NCBI GenBank assembly: GCA_023247725.1
Contig: JAHFFW010000007.1
Location: forward strand, 12,243-76,242
Source of the DNA: Candidatus Omnitrophota bacterium
Lineage (GTDB): Bacteria > Omnitrophota > Gorgyraeia > Zapsychrales > JAHFFX01
DNA length: 64,000 bases
Reading direction: 5' to 3'
A program made the translations under genes and the position numbers. Below, one piece after another: positions 51,201-62,202 of this stretch (position 1 is its first letter; each line of letters starts with the position of its first letter). The notes under the pieces are model-generated. The model saw only the letters and a list, made by a program, of their open reading frames with translations. It was not told the DNA's origin and made no database searches.

Positions 51201-52792
51201 TGGTCTCGTTGTGGGATAATCCGCTTTTTTTACAGAACTGGCGCGAACGCATGCGGCCTTCCACGGTCATGGCTTCCATTATTCTGACCGTCATCATCCT
51301 CATCTTGATTTTCCTGGGATCCTATATCCGCATCAGCGATTTTGATACGACCGACCCAAACCTGAAGGCGTTCTGGGCGATTGCCATTGGCCAGGGGATC
51401 CTCTTGTTATTGGTCGCTACCAGTTCTGCTCACAATATGGCAGTCCGGGAACGCAATAGCGGCACCCTGGATTTTCATCGCGCTTCTCCAACGACGCGTT
51501 TTGATCAGGTTCTGGGAATGCTCGTGGGCGCTCCTTCTTTGGAATGGTGCCTATTTTTGATGACGCTGCTGGCATCCCTGGCTTTGGCCTTCATGAGTGA
51601 GATTGGTTGGTTTAGGGGCCTACAATTTTATACTGCCATTATCTTTTGTACGCTTTTTTTTCATATCATTGTGATTTTTGCCGGGCTCTACCAAGAACGC
51701 AAAACCGCCCTTTTGAATCGGCGTAGCGGTGCCTTACAAGCCATTGTTGTATTTTACTTATTTGGGGGGTGCCTTTTTGCCGCGTACAATTTTTCGGTCC
51801 TTTATCATTTAACCCCGTTTCCTCATTACCAGCAAATCGCCAAGATCGTCTTTAAACCAGACCACATTTATGATCGACGCTATCCATATCCGGAACGGAA
51901 AGATTTTTCCCGTTCCTTTTATGGGAAAGACCTTCCGTCTCTAGCCTTGCAGATGATTATTCAAGGTCCCTTGTTGATCCTTTTATGGATGGGGACCATC
52001 CGCAAGATTTCCCGACCGGAACGACCGGCCTTTTCCAAAACACAATCTGTGTTGATGAGCGCTTATATCCTGTTTCTTTACCTGGGAAGTGCGGTTTCCC
52101 TTCTCCTTGAGACCAACTCCTCTTATGAGGCTTATGAGGATCAGTTGATCGTCGGGTCTTCCCTTTATTTAATCCTGGCCTTAGGGATTGCAGGCGCGAT
52201 CGGAAATGCGCCGACTCAATTGATGTATCTGAAAGGTTTGCGTAAGACCGAAAAACTGAATCGGAAGCACATCGAATGGAGTGAAGACCATAGCTCGGTG
52301 CATGCCTGGCTATTCATTTACTGTATGATTGCGGCCATCGCTTACCGGGCCATTGTTCCATGGATGCATGCGGACTTCCATCAACAACAAAAGATATTTA
52401 TTTTAGTTCTTTTGTACATCCTGTCCTTCGCCTGGGGTTTGGCTTACTTTCGTTTAAGCCGGCATCACAAAAAAAGAATGCTTTTTATCGTTGGCGTGAG
52501 CATCCTTTGGTTTTTTGTTCCCTTGTTGGGCTGGACCTTGCGTCCGGTTCTGGAAGCCTCTCCTTATCTTTTATATTATTTTTCCGCCCCCTCTCCCCTC
52601 TCCGGTCTGGGCCTGGCTCTCTCGACGCTGGGTCCCTGGTATGAACCCAGGGTCAAACCAGAGCACATAATCAATGCCTTTCTTTTGATCAACACCGTCA
52701 TTGCCATCACCACCATATTTCTCTGCCTGCGTGAGCAAAAACGGCTGATCCAAACGGTGAGACCTTCTCCGGCTCCCGCCGCCAAGGCTTGA
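51197..52792 (+). CDS. Polytopic membrane protein, probable ABC-2 permease partner
   Basis: NP...RER.R and RERNSGTLD motif; about 12 TM segments; overlaps the ATPase stop. Confidence 0.8.
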   Translation: MMVSLWDNPLFLQNWRERMRPSTVMASIILTVIILILIFLGSYIRISDFDTTDPNLKAFWAIAIGQGILLLLVATSSAHNMAVRERNSGTLDFHRASPTTRFDQVLGMLVGAPSLEWCLFLMTLLASLALAFMSEIGWFRGLQFYTAIIFCTLFFHIIVIFAGLYQERKTALLNRRSGALQAIVVFYLFGGCLFAAYNFSVLYHLTPFPHYQQIAKIVFKPDHIYDRRYPYPERKDFSRSFYGKDLPSLALQMIIQGPLLILLWMGTIRKISRPERPAFSKTQSVLMSAYILFLYLGSAVSLLLETNSSYEAYEDQLIVGSSLYLILALGIAGAIGNAPTQLMYLKGLRKTEKLNRKHIEWSEDHSSVHAWLFIYCMIAAIAYRAIVPWMHADFHQQQKIFILVLLYILSFAWGLAYFRLSRHHKKRMLFIVGVSILWFFVPLLGWTLRPVLEASPYLLYYFSAPSPLSGLGLALSTLGPWYEPRVKPEHIINAFLLINTVIAITTIFLCLREQKRLIQTVRPSPAPAAKA

Positions 52793-52826
52793 CCGTTGAT
52801 TCCAGCTTAAACATTTCAATTTTATT

Positions 52827-53186
52827 TTAAAATTGCCGACTTCGCAGAAGCACCAAGGTACAGGGGTTTAAGGGCAATATGCCGGCTTTTTGAGCCTTGG
52901 CTTCGAGGTCGGGATTCTCAGCACCAGGATTGAAGATAATCCGACGGGGTTTCAATTGTAGAATATCCGAGGCAAGCGCATTGGAAATGTCGGCGGAGGC
53001 ATACAACGTCACGGTATCGATGGGCTCGGTGATTTCCTTGATTGAAGAAAAAACCGGCCAATCATCAATGGTTTTGATCCTCTGATGCACAGGAAAGACC
53101 CGATGACCGTATTCGGCCAGCAATTTCACCGCTTGATAGGAATATCGGTCGGGTTTATTCGAAGCACCGATAACCACTACGTTCAT
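52827..53186 (-). CDS. CoA-binding protein (YccU-like)
   Basis: VIGASNKPDRYS, DTVTLY, RIIFNPGAEN and CTLVLL. Confidence 0.92.
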   Translation of the reverse strand: MNVVVIGASNKPDRYSYQAVKLLAEYGHRVFPVHQRIKTIDDWPVFSSIKEITEPIDTVTLYASADISNALASDILQLKPRRIIFNPGAENPDLEAKAQKAGILPLNPCTLVLLRSRQF

Positions 53187-53198
53187 GATGGAAACTCT

Positions 53199-53252
53199 CG
53201 CGGGGGGGCCAGGCGGCCTGGGATTTTTTGCGGCCGCCTGGCCCCCCCCGCG
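53199..53252. repeat. GC-rich 17-bp hairpin without a U-tail
   Basis: gggggggccaggcggcc / ggccgcctggccccccc with a 13-nt loop. Confidence 0.75.
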
Positions 53253-53265
53253 CACAGCCGTCAAT

Positions 53266-53862
53266 TTATGAATGCCGCATCCGCCAGGCGAGTTCTTCGG
53301 TGACCAAACGCCGGTCTTCCCAGCGGAAAAAAAATCGGCCGTCCAGATCCTTGCCGTAATGAAGCGAGATGTATGGGTTCAGATGCCGGGTCTCATTGAA
53401 CTTTAACGCCCTTTTCAGGGAATGATCGATCTCTTCCTTGTAGGCTTCCTCATCGTAAGGATAAAAAACCGCATAGCTTAGCCGATCATTAAATAGGGTC
53501 AGGGCCAGTTCTCCGGGTTGATCCAGATGAACATAGTTGCGGACCGAAACGGTATTGAGTTCATAAGGTTTTTTTTGTCCCTGGGAAAGGTTCTTGTTGG
53601 ATACGGAATATTGATAATGCTTATAAGTCAAATCATAAGTAAGATCGTCGAGTGACACGTAACTGTTGAACTCATCGATTATCGGCAAGCCCTTTTTGAC
53701 TTTGGTATAACTGGGTTCAATGAACAAAACCATGGCCACGTTTGAGGTGGGATTTTCTACGGCATAAAAAATAACAAAGGGGATAAGGACAATGACCGCA
53801 ATGACGATCCATTGCAAGCGGACATTTTCGGCAAATGGAATGGGTTGTTCTTCGTCCGGCAT
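53266..53862 (-). CDS. Hypothetical protein with one N-terminal TM segment
   Basis: 198-aa ORF in operon orientation. Confidence 0.75.
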   Translation of the reverse strand: MPDEEQPIPFAENVRLQWIVIAVIVLIPFVIFYAVENPTSNVAMVLFIEPSYTKVKKGLPIIDEFNSYVSLDDLTYDLTYKHYQYSVSNKNLSQGQKKPYELNTVSVRNYVHLDQPGELALTLFNDRLSYAVFYPYDEEAYKEEIDHSLKRALKFNETRHLNPYISLHYGKDLDGRFFFRWEDRRLVTEELAWRMRHS

Positions 53863-53883
53863 AATGGCCTAATGAATAAAAGG

Positions 53884-54687
53884 TCAGGGCTCGGGTGGGG
53901 ATTGGACATCAATAGTGGCGTGTTTAAGAACCACCTGGCCCTCTTTGATTTTCGTGTAGACACTGGTTTGTTTAGAGACGGCTTCTACCATCTGACCATT
54001 GGCGGCGGTCATGACTTCCTTGACCGTTTCCGCCGTCGTGGCAGAGGGGCCTTTGATCTCAATACGGTCTAGAGTGATTTGGTAATGATGGTCCTTGACG
54101 TTACCACCGACGCTGAAAAGTAATTGCAAATATTCTTCACGAGAATACACATGCTTGCCCGATCCATCCAAAATTTCAATACGGGCGTCATCGGCAATCA
54201 ACCCCTTTAGCTGGTCCCGATTGCGCAGCTCCAGATTTTTTTGGAATTCTTCCACAACCGTATGGATATCTTGGACCGTGAGGGGTTTTAATACTGGTTT
54301 GGAAGGTTGAGTCAAAGCGTCCGAGGTCCCACCGAATGGTTTTTTCTCAATGGATTTAATCTCTTCCCGGAAATAAGTCAAGGCAACGCCTAACCCCACA
54401 TCAATTTTGATCCATTTTTCATTTTCCTCAGTGATCATTCCCTCGAGCACCTTGCCGGATTGCAAGGTCACAACATAGAACCGCACGGGCATGCCTGTGG
54501 CACCTTGTTCTTCCATTCGGGCTTTTTCCTGTGCATTCTCCTGATTGTATGGTTCCATCCCGAGCGAAGCCTCCCCGGCCATGGCCGGAGTGCGAGTCGA
54601 GGGATCGCCCCAAGCAACCTTTGTCGTCAACAAAAGGCCCATCCCAAGATAGAGAATGAAAAGTCCCTTTAATCTGGATATGCGCAA
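53884..54687 (-). CDS. Exported hypothetical protein with a C-terminal NTF2/SnoaL-like domain
   Basis: Signal peptide; small beta domain VTLQSGKVLEG.I.EE; RD.L..LIADDA.I...SREEY pattern. Confidence 0.7.
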   Translation of the reverse strand: MRISRLKGLFILYLGMGLLLTTKVAWGDPSTRTPAMAGEASLGMEPYNQENAQEKARMEEQGATGMPVRFYVVTLQSGKVLEGMITEENEKWIKIDVGLGVALTYFREEIKSIEKKPFGGTSDALTQPSKPVLKPLTVQDIHTVVEEFQKNLELRNRDQLKGLIADDARIEILDGSGKHVYSREEYLQLLFSVGGNVKDHHYQITLDRIEIKGPSATTAETVKEVMTAANGQMVEAVSKQTSVYTKIKEGQVVLKHATIDVQSPPEP

Positions 54688-54759
54688 TGGAAAAATCCTT
54701 GGTTGACGTTTATTGGAAGTTCAGTATACGCGAAAAGATTTTTCGCTTCAATACATTGT

Positions 54760-55305
54760 TCAATTTTGTCCTTTTAAGTATAAAGGAACGTAGGGATAAT
54801 TGAGAAAAATAGCCGATGGATCTTTTTGTCGAAGGACCACGGCAAAGTGATTTTCCCAATGCTTTATCTGAGTTTGCAAATCAACGCCCATATATTTCTT
54901 TTTTGGAATGAGATTCGTTTTCAATAACTCAATTCCCCGTAAGGACAAGATAGCCGCACCCCGCCAATGGCCGGTCATGCATTTCAAATAAGCGGCCGAA
55001 ATCTTAATCAGTCCTTGAAGAAAACCCCGACTCATCGGATCACCGGCTATTTGCCGCCATAGCCCTTCCCAGGCCTCATGCGCTTCCCACCAAAACCCTT
55101 GGTTGTAAAGATCAATTCCATAAAGATACTGTTTTTGGTTGACCCAAAGGTCCGGTCCCAACCATTGTTCTTGTGCTTGAGCCTCATGACGGGAAGAGCC
55201 TGATCGATATTCGACGGGAGCAGAGCTCTGGCCGGGGATCAATCGGTGCAATGGCAAAGGCCAGGGAGAATAACGTCGGAATTTTAAAGAAAACTCTTTC
55301 GGCAT
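54760..55305 (-). CDS. DUF309 domain protein
   Basis: GIDLYNQG.WWEAHEAWE.LW...QGLI..SAA. Confidence 0.9.
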   Translation of the reverse strand: MPKEFSLKFRRYSPWPLPLHRLIPGQSSAPVEYRSGSSRHEAQAQEQWLGPDLWVNQKQYLYGIDLYNQGFWWEAHEAWEGLWRQIAGDPMSRGFLQGLIKISAAYLKCMTGHWRGAAILSLRGIELLKTNLIPKKKYMGVDLQTQIKHWENHFAVVLRQKDPSAIFLNYPYVPLYLKGQN

Positions 55306-55314
55306 GTGGCAAGA

Positions 55315-56697
55315 TCATCCTTCAGCAATAGCACAAGAATCAGCCGCCTTTTTTGCATTCCTCATGCAATCAGTCAACGAAATGCCATTCCAATAGTTGG
55401 CCACGACCTGAAGATTTTTTAAACGCATCATGTCGGGGAGAATCTCGGACCGAAATTGAGCGTATTGTTGGTCATATTGCGGAATGGCCTGGGGCCACAA
55501 AACGCAAAGACTTTGAGTCGGATCTTGGCTGGTGTGCAATCTTGCCTCGACTTCCTTTTGTGCGAATCCAATCAGTTCGTTCGGCTCCTTTGAAACGATT
55601 TCCGGGTGAAGCATGCCGCCCAAAAAAACTCGCAGAAGGAAATGATCCGGCGCACAGCGTCCCGGAAAGATATTGCTCTCGAATAAAACGCCTAAGATCA
55701 TATTTTTTTCCTGCGATGGCACAAGGTAACCGAAGCCATCCGGCCAGGACGCAAGGGCCTCTTTTCGATACAAAAAGCCTACGACCGCAATGGGCGCGTA
55801 AGCAATCTTTCCCAACCGCTCGCTTAACGACGGGCAGAGGGACCTCAACAATCTCGCGGCTCCGGGCGCCGGAAGACAGAGAAACAATTGATCGGCTGGA
55901 AGGGTTTCTTGTTTTGTTTTCACCCAATACCCGCCGGAATTTGATAAATCGATCGATAACACTTCCCTTTGACAAAGAATGATATTTTTATATTTTTCTT
56001 CCAAAGCGTGGATCAGTTGGCCTAATCCTTGTCGCAAAGAAGTCAGGAGCGGCTTCGGCTTGTTCCTTTTCGTTATGCCGTTTCTTTTGGCCAGCATTCC
56101 TCTGAGGAACGATCCATAATTTTGTTCGAGCTCAAAAAATTGCGGAAAGGCCAGGGCCAGATTGAGGTTTTTGATGTCCCCCCCATAAATCCCATTGATA
56201 AAAGGATCTAAAAACAATTCGGTCACTCTTTGGCCAAAATGGCGGCAACCAAACTCATAAACGGTTTCATGGGAATCAGGCGCGCCGGGCGTCAGGATTT
56301 CGGCAAAAACTTTTAATTTATCGCCCCAGGATAATTCCGGAGATAAAACGAAATCTTTGAGACTCCCCGGAAAGGCATGCAGTCGGTTTTGATGAAGAAA
56401 ATAGCGTCTCTTCGCGGTCGGCTGAGCATGAACCAATTCTCCCTTTAATCCCAACGCTTCGCATAACGCCAGGACATCGCCCTTCGTATCGAGAAATCCA
56501 TTGGGGCCAGACTCGAAGAGCATGCCCTTTTCTTGACGGGTCATGACCTTGCCTCCGGATTTTTCGGCTTTTTCCAGAAGCAGGATTTTGATATCGTTTC
56601 GCCGGGCATAGCGCTCGTGCAGGTAATGCAATAAGCTCAAGCCGCTAATGCCTCCCCCGACAATCACGATCTGCGTTGAATTCTGGGCGCTCATCAT
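55315..56697 (-). CDS. hemY: Protoporphyrinogen oxidase (HemY/PgoX FAD type)
   Basis: GGGISGL, ESGPNGF, GIYGGD, GFGYLVP and AIPQY. Confidence 0.93.
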   Translation of the reverse strand: MMSAQNSTQIVIVGGGISGLSLLHYLHERYARRNDIKILLLEKAEKSGGKVMTRQEKGMLFESGPNGFLDTKGDVLALCEALGLKGELVHAQPTAKRRYFLHQNRLHAFPGSLKDFVLSPELSWGDKLKVFAEILTPGAPDSHETVYEFGCRHFGQRVTELFLDPFINGIYGGDIKNLNLALAFPQFFELEQNYGSFLRGMLAKRNGITKRNKPKPLLTSLRQGLGQLIHALEEKYKNIILCQREVLSIDLSNSGGYWVKTKQETLPADQLFLCLPAPGAARLLRSLCPSLSERLGKIAYAPIAVVGFLYRKEALASWPDGFGYLVPSQEKNMILGVLFESNIFPGRCAPDHFLLRVFLGGMLHPEIVSKEPNELIGFAQKEVEARLHTSQDPTQSLCVLWPQAIPQYDQQYAQFRSEILPDMMRLKNLQVVANYWNGISLTDCMRNAKKAADSCAIAEG

Positions 56698-57707
56698 TTC
56701 TTCCGGTCAAATCCGTGCACCAAATCCACAATCAGTTTCAAGGCATCGGGATCGACATCCGGAAAAACCCCGTGACTGAGATTAAAAATATAACGCCGAT
56801 ATGGTCGCGCCCCCAGTAAACAATCGAGCACTTCCTCTTTGAGTTTGGATCGATCCGCATACAAGAGGCCATTAAAAAGATTGCCCTGCACCCCGTGGTG
56901 GTTTTTGGCCAGAATTGGATCATGGCCAAAAACCACCGTCTGACAGACCGACAAAAAATCCGACCCGCATTGATCCATCAATTTGAGCAGGTGGCTGGCA
57001 TTTTTTAAATAATAGATCGATGGGAGTTTTACACTTTGAAAGATTTTCTTCACATACGGCAAAGACCAGTGGGCGTAATCGCTCGGCCGCAGGACACCGC
57101 TCCCGGTATCAAAAATCTGATAGGCCTCAATGCCGGCCTCCTTTTGAAGTCCAAGATATCGAATGGTGTTATCCGTCAGACGCTGCAACAATTGATGAAA
57201 TGCCTGAGGATAGGCGTTGGCAAATGCCCAGGTTCGACTAAACGAGGTTGGCGAACCGCCCTCCAACAAATAGCTGGCCACAGTGAACGGCGAACCGGCA
57301 AAACCAATCAACGCAATACCCGCCGGCAGACCTTCTCGCGTCATGTGGATGGCCTTTGCCAGATCATCCATTCCCGTAAACTCAGAAATGGTTTGAAGAT
57401 CCCGAGAATTTCGGATGGGAGTATCAATGACCGGTCCCTGTGCGTCGACAAAGCGGATTTTAAAACCCATCTTTGCCGGCAAACTGAGGATATCCGCAAA
57501 CAGGATGGCGGCATCGACCCCTAGCTTCTTAACCGGCAAAAGCGTAATTTCAGCGACGAGCTCGGGATTGAGAAACATTTCCTCGAGTGAATGCCCTCCT
57601 TTGATCTTTCGGTATTCCGGCAGATAGCGCCCGGCCTGGCGCATGAACCAAACCGGAATGACCGTATTGGTGCCCGAGAAGGCTTGCAGAAACGAGGATG
57701 GGTTCAT
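56694..57707 (-). CDS. hemE: Uroporphyrinogen decarboxylase
   Basis: PVWFMRQAGRYLPEY, DAAILFADI, GFAGSPFT and FNLSHGV. Confidence 0.97.
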   Translation of the reverse strand: MNPSSFLQAFSGTNTVIPVWFMRQAGRYLPEYRKIKGGHSLEEMFLNPELVAEITLLPVKKLGVDAAILFADILSLPAKMGFKIRFVDAQGPVIDTPIRNSRDLQTISEFTGMDDLAKAIHMTREGLPAGIALIGFAGSPFTVASYLLEGGSPTSFSRTWAFANAYPQAFHQLLQRLTDNTIRYLGLQKEAGIEAYQIFDTGSGVLRPSDYAHWSLPYVKKIFQSVKLPSIYYLKNASHLLKLMDQCGSDFLSVCQTVVFGHDPILAKNHHGVQGNLFNGLLYADRSKLKEEVLDCLLGARPYRRYIFNLSHGVFPDVDPDALKLIVDLVHGFDRKK

Positions 57708-57789
57708 GGGGGTTTGAAAGAAATGCTGATGAGAAGAAAAATTGTTAGCCGTTGGTTAAGAATTGATTGGCTAAGAGGCTTTATGCAAT

Positions 57790-59163
57790 TCAAACTGTTT
57801 GCGAGAATCTGCGGCTAGTCTTTCCTTGACGCAGATACCAATCGAAGCCCATGCAGATATTACGGACGAACAGTTTACCAAAATCCGTGACGCGGCAATA
57901 ATCATGGGAGGTCTCGATTAAACCTTCGGCAAGACAATAGGCGATGTGGGACTGCTCCTCGGCAAAATATTGATCGAACTCACAGCCGAATTCTGTTTTG
58001 AATTCTCTTTTTTTGACTTCAAACCGGCACATCAACCGGTCGATCGTCCACTGCCGGATTTGGTCGTCCACCGTTAGCTCTTTGCCTCGTTCCACCGGCA
58101 GTTCATTCCTCTTCAAACTGTCATAATACTCATGAATTGTTTTATAATTTTGGATAAAAGTTTTCTCCACAAAACTAATTGATGACAAACCCAGCCCCAC
58201 GAATTCATCCGCCGGTCTAACCGTGTAGCCCATGAAATTTCGGTACAGATGGCCTTGCTCAAAGGCGCGGGCGAGTTCATCCTCTCTTAAAGCAAAATGA
58301 TCCATGGCAATCGCCTCATAACCATGCTCTAAAAAAAGCCTGCGGGCCTGCAGAAAAATATCGAGCTTTTGACTATTGGTGGGTAGATTCTCGAACAGCA
58401 ATTTCCGTTGCTGTTTTTTGATCCAGGGGACGTAGGCAAAACTGTATAAAGCGATCCGGTCTGGACGAAGATCGATGACCTTTTCCACCGTCGAGGCAAA
58501 TTGGTCAGGCGTTTGATTGGGCAGCCCATAAATAAGATCGAAATTGATGGAACGAAAGCCAAGCTCTCGGCACCATTGGTAGAATGCCTGGACTTTTTCG
58601 AACGGTTGGATACGATTGACCTCTTTTTGAACCGCTTCATCAAAATCCTGAATTCCCATGGAGACTCGATTGAACCCTAAAGAACGCAATTTTTCCAATT
58701 TGTTTCGGTCGATTGTGCGCGGGTCAATTTCAACGGCGATCTCCGCACGGGGGTCTAGATCAAAACTCGCCGTAATTTTTTTAAATAACCGTTCAAGCTG
58801 CGCCTCGCTCAAGTAAGTCGGGGTCCCTCCCCCCCAATGCATTTGCTTGATCTTCTTGCGCCCACCCATAGACTGAGCGACGAGATCCATTTCTTTAAAA
58901 AGATATCCCAGATATTCATCGCCGTATTTTTCATCGTTGGGACGAATGAGGACATTGCAGGCACAAAAATAACACAGCGATCGGCAAAAAGGGATATGAA
59001 CATACAGGGAAAGGGGGGTAAGGCTCTGCCCAAAGATACGCAGTTTATCCTCGTAGGTTGCCTTGGTGAGGGCGTTCGTCCACTCTGGTGCCGTCGGATA
59101 ACTCGTGTAGCGAGGGCCTGCCACATCAAATTTTTGAATGATCTCTTTATCAATGGTCAGCAT
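57790..59163 (-). CDS. hemN: Oxygen-independent coproporphyrinogen III oxidase
   Basis: GPRYTSYPTA, HIPFCRSLCYFCAC, HWGGGTP, DHFA and RNFMGY. Confidence 0.97.
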   Translation of the reverse strand: MLTIDKEIIQKFDVAGPRYTSYPTAPEWTNALTKATYEDKLRIFGQSLTPLSLYVHIPFCRSLCYFCACNVLIRPNDEKYGDEYLGYLFKEMDLVAQSMGGRKKIKQMHWGGGTPTYLSEAQLERLFKKITASFDLDPRAEIAVEIDPRTIDRNKLEKLRSLGFNRVSMGIQDFDEAVQKEVNRIQPFEKVQAFYQWCRELGFRSINFDLIYGLPNQTPDQFASTVEKVIDLRPDRIALYSFAYVPWIKKQQRKLLFENLPTNSQKLDIFLQARRLFLEHGYEAIAMDHFALREDELARAFEQGHLYRNFMGYTVRPADEFVGLGLSSISFVEKTFIQNYKTIHEYYDSLKRNELPVERGKELTVDDQIRQWTIDRLMCRFEVKKREFKTEFGCEFDQYFAEEQSHIAYCLAEGLIETSHDYCRVTDFGKLFVRNICMGFDWYLRQGKTSRRFSQTV

Positions 59164-59169
59164 ATTAAA

Positions 59170-59949
59170 TTAAACCTTCTGTTCCCGCGACCGGGAGGCC
59201 AGAAAATAATCGCGATTAAGGCGAGTGATGTTCGTGACACTGATGCCTTTGGGGCACGCCGCTTCGCATTCATAAATATTGGAACAGTGGCCGAATCCCT
59301 CCCGATCCATTTGTTGAACGAGAGACAGCGTCCGCTGGTCTTTCTCCGGTTGTCCCTGAGGTAAAAGATTCAAATGGCCCGCTTTGGCTGCCGTGTAAAG
59401 CATCGCTGATCCATTGGGACAAGCCGCGACACAGGCCGCGCAGGCAATGCAGGCGGCTGCATCCATGGCCATATCCGACTTGGACTTTGAAACAAGGAGT
59501 GTGTGCGCCTCGGGGGCGGATCCGGTCTTGATCGAGATAAATCCTCCCGCCATGGCAATGCGGTCAAAGGCGGAACGATCGACGACCAGATCCTTGATGA
59601 CCGGAAAGGCTCTTGATCGCCATGGTTCGATGACGAGCGTTGCATTATTTTGAAAATGGCGCATGTGCAGCTGGCATAGGGTGGTGTCTCTCAATGGACC
59701 ATGGGCCTGGCCGTTCACCATGGCTCCGCACAAGCCACAAATTCCCTCTCGGCAATCGTGATCAAAGGCAATGGGTTCTTTGCCCTCTTTGATCAATTTT
59801 TCATTCACCACATCCAGCATTTCCAAAAAAGACATATCGGTATCGATGTGATCGGCGCAATAAATCTCGAATCGACCCGGAGTATTCCGATCTTTCTGCC
59901 GCCAGACTTTGAGAGTGAGATTGATCGTGGTGGCCATGGTTTTATTCAT
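59170..59949 (-). CDS. sdhB: Succinate dehydrogenase/fumarate reductase iron-sulfur subunit
   Basis: [22 protein letters not shown] and [12 protein letters not shown]. Confidence 0.96.
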   Translation of the reverse strand: MNKTMATTINLTLKVWRQKDRNTPGRFEIYCADHIDTDMSFLEMLDVVNEKLIKEGKEPIAFDHDCREGICGLCGAMVNGQAHGPLRDTTLCQLHMRHFQNNATLVIEPWRSRAFPVIKDLVVDRSAFDRIAMAGGFISIKTGSAPEAHTLLVSKSKSDMAMDAAACIACAACVAACPNGSAMLYTAAKAGHLNLLPQGQPEKDQRTLSLVQQMDREGFGHCSNIYECEAACPKGISVTNITRLNRDYFLASRSREQKV

Positions 59950-59950
59950 G

Positions 59951-60289
59951 CTATGGAGAAGGGCGACGATTGTCTAACTTGTTCTTAATTTGTTTCAAGG
60001 CATTCTCCAGATTTTCATTCCCTTTCCAATGACCTTCTTCTTTTAAATCATCCAATTCATGGACCATGATGCGTTCATAACGTTTGTTGTTTTCCAACTG
60101 TTTGAGTAAGCGAATTCTCCATTTGAGAAAACTTTGAAAAATGAGCAGGATCAAAAGAAAAGTAGCAACCGTCAGGCTTTGGTCGAAACTGATATTGGTT
60201 GGCCCTTCCACTAAAATCTCTAACCAAAAAAACATGACACAGGCAAAAATGGTCCAGGCAACAAGTTTATGCAGCACCAACAAATTCAT
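59951..60289 (-). CDS. Hypothetical 2-TM protein inserted between sdhA and sdhB
   Basis: 112-aa ORF with an ATGA overlap with the sdhA stop; ends 1 nt before the sdhB ATG. Confidence 0.7.
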   Translation of the reverse strand: MNLLVLHKLVAWTIFACVMFFWLEILVEGPTNISFDQSLTVATFLLILLIFQSFLKWRIRLLKQLENNKRYERIMVHELDDLKEEGHWKGNENLENALKQIKNKLDNRRPSP

Positions 60290-62199
60290 TGGTAACTCCT
60301 GGCCGAAGGCTTTGCAAATTCGAATTCGAGCGGCTCACGATGCAGTTCTTCGGCTTGGCCCGCCCCTCGATATTCCCAGGCCGCCACATAACTGAAATGC
60401 TCATCGTCGCGCCGGGCTTCTCCTTCCGCAGTTTGACATTCTTCCCGGAAATGCCCTCCCGCCGACTCTGTGCGGTGTAAGGCATCTTTGACTAAAATTT
60501 CGGCAAACTCAAGATAATCCGCCACTCGGCCTGCCTTCTCCAGAGATTGGTTCAATTCTTCATTCGTACCAACGACGTTCACATTGTTCCAAAACTCCTC
60601 GCGGATCTGGGGAATTTTCTGCAGGGCCTCGTTGAGCCTGCGTTCGTGGCGGGTCATGCCGCATTTATCCCACAAAAGCATTCCCAATTGCCGGTGAATC
60701 TCATCGACCGTTCGCTTGCCTTTAATCGATAAAAGTTTGGAAAGACGCTCCCGGGCTTCGTTTTCACAGGCCTTAAATTCCAAATGCGTGGGAGAAAATG
60801 CGCCGGGGGATATCCCCGCTAAATAATCGCCAATGGTGCAAGGCAGAATAAAATATCCGTCGGCCAGCCCCTGCATGAGGGCGCTGGCACCCAAGCGGTT
60901 GGCGCCGTGGTCAGAAAAATTGGCTTCGCCAATCACAAACAATCCGGAAAGATTGCTCATCAAATTATAGTCAACCCACAATCCTCCCATGGTGTAATGA
61001 ACCGCCGGATAAATCATCATGGGAACTTGATAGGGATCCGCGCCGGTGATTTTTTCATACATGGCAAAGAGATTTCCATATTTTTCTTCCATGACGGAGG
61101 CGCCGACTCTCTTGATCGCATCCGCAAAGTCAAGATAGACCGCAAGGCCGGTTGTCCCCACGCCTTTTCCTTTATCGCATTGCTCTTTGGCATTGCGTGA
61201 AGCAATATCTCGCGGAACCAAATTTCCGAAGCTGGGATATTTTCGTTCCAGAAAATAATCGCGATCGGATTCGGGAATCTCCGCTGGCGGACGGTGATCC
61301 CCCTTATTTTTGGGAATCCAAACACGCCCATCATTACGCAGGCTTTCGCTCATGAGCGTGAGTTTGGACTGATAATCGCCATGGACCGGAATACACGTCG
61401 GATGAATTTGGGTAAAACAGGGATTGGCAAAAAAGGCGCCGCGCTTGTGAGCGCGCCAAATCGCCGTGACATTGCAGGCCTTCGCGTTGGTGGAAAGATA
61501 AAAGACATTCCCGTATCCACCCGTCGCCAGAACCACGGCATCACCCGCGTAGGATTCGAGCTGCCCGGTCATCAAATTCCGGACGATGATGCCTCTGGCC
61601 GCTTTGTCAATGACGACCAAATCGAGCATCTCCCGCCGGGGAAAAAGTTCCAGCGTTTTTTTCGCGGCTTCTTTCATGAGCGCGTGGTAAGCCCCCAAAA
61701 GCAATTGTTGGCCAGTCTGGCCGCGGGCATAAAATGTCCGCGAAACCTGCGCTCCACCGAATGAACGGTTGTCCAGATATCCGCTGTACTCTCGCGCAAA
61801 GGGCACACCCTGCGCCACGCATTGATCAATAATGGAATTACTGACCTCGGCCAAACGATAAACATTGGCTTCGCGAGACCGGAAATCTCCTCCTTTGATC
61901 GTGTCATAAAAAAGCCGCTCCACGCTGTCGCCATCATTGGGATAATTTTTGGCCGCATTGATTCCTCCTTGAGCGGCAATGCTATGAGCCCGACGGGGAC
62001 TGTCCTGAATACAAAAGACCTTGACTTGATAACCCAGTTCGGACAAGGATGCAGCCGCGGAAGAGCCGGCCAGGCCGGTTCCCACGACCAAAATGGTGAA
62101 TTTGCGTTTGTTGGCAGGATTAACGAGTTTTAAGTGCAGACGATGCCGGGTCCATTTTTCCGGAAGAGGACCTTCGGGGACTTTTGAATTCAAGGGCAT
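60286..62199 (-). CDS. sdhA: Succinate dehydrogenase/fumarate reductase flavoprotein
   Basis: [30 protein letters not shown] and HGANRLG. Confidence 0.97.
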   Translation of the reverse strand: MPLNSKVPEGPLPEKWTRHRLHLKLVNPANKRKFTILVVGTGLAGSSAAASLSELGYQVKVFCIQDSPRRAHSIAAQGGINAAKNYPNDGDSVERLFYDTIKGGDFRSREANVYRLAEVSNSIIDQCVAQGVPFAREYSGYLDNRSFGGAQVSRTFYARGQTGQQLLLGAYHALMKEAAKKTLELFPRREMLDLVVIDKAARGIIVRNLMTGQLESYAGDAVVLATGGYGNVFYLSTNAKACNVTAIWRAHKRGAFFANPCFTQIHPTCIPVHGDYQSKLTLMSESLRNDGRVWIPKNKGDHRPPAEIPESDRDYFLERKYPSFGNLVPRDIASRNAKEQCDKGKGVGTTGLAVYLDFADAIKRVGASVMEEKYGNLFAMYEKITGADPYQVPMMIYPAVHYTMGGLWVDYNLMSNLSGLFVIGEANFSDHGANRLGASALMQGLADGYFILPCTIGDYLAGISPGAFSPTHLEFKACENEARERLSKLLSIKGKRTVDEIHRQLGMLLWDKCGMTRHERRLNEALQKIPQIREEFWNNVNVVGTNEELNQSLEKAGRVADYLEFAEILVKDALHRTESAGGHFREECQTAEGEARRDDEHFSYVAAWEYRGAGQAEELHREPLEFEFAKPSARSYQ

Positions 62200-62202
62200 G
62201 CG

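Noticed and set aside
53199-53252. Intrinsic terminator
   Set aside because: Strong stem but no U-tract on either side; kept only as a hairpin repeat.
55353-55982. Long shadow ORFs (e.g. 55353-55982, 22832-23398, 9076-9615, 37249-37755)
   Set aside because: They are antisense or alternate-frame to confidently identified genes and carry no motifs.
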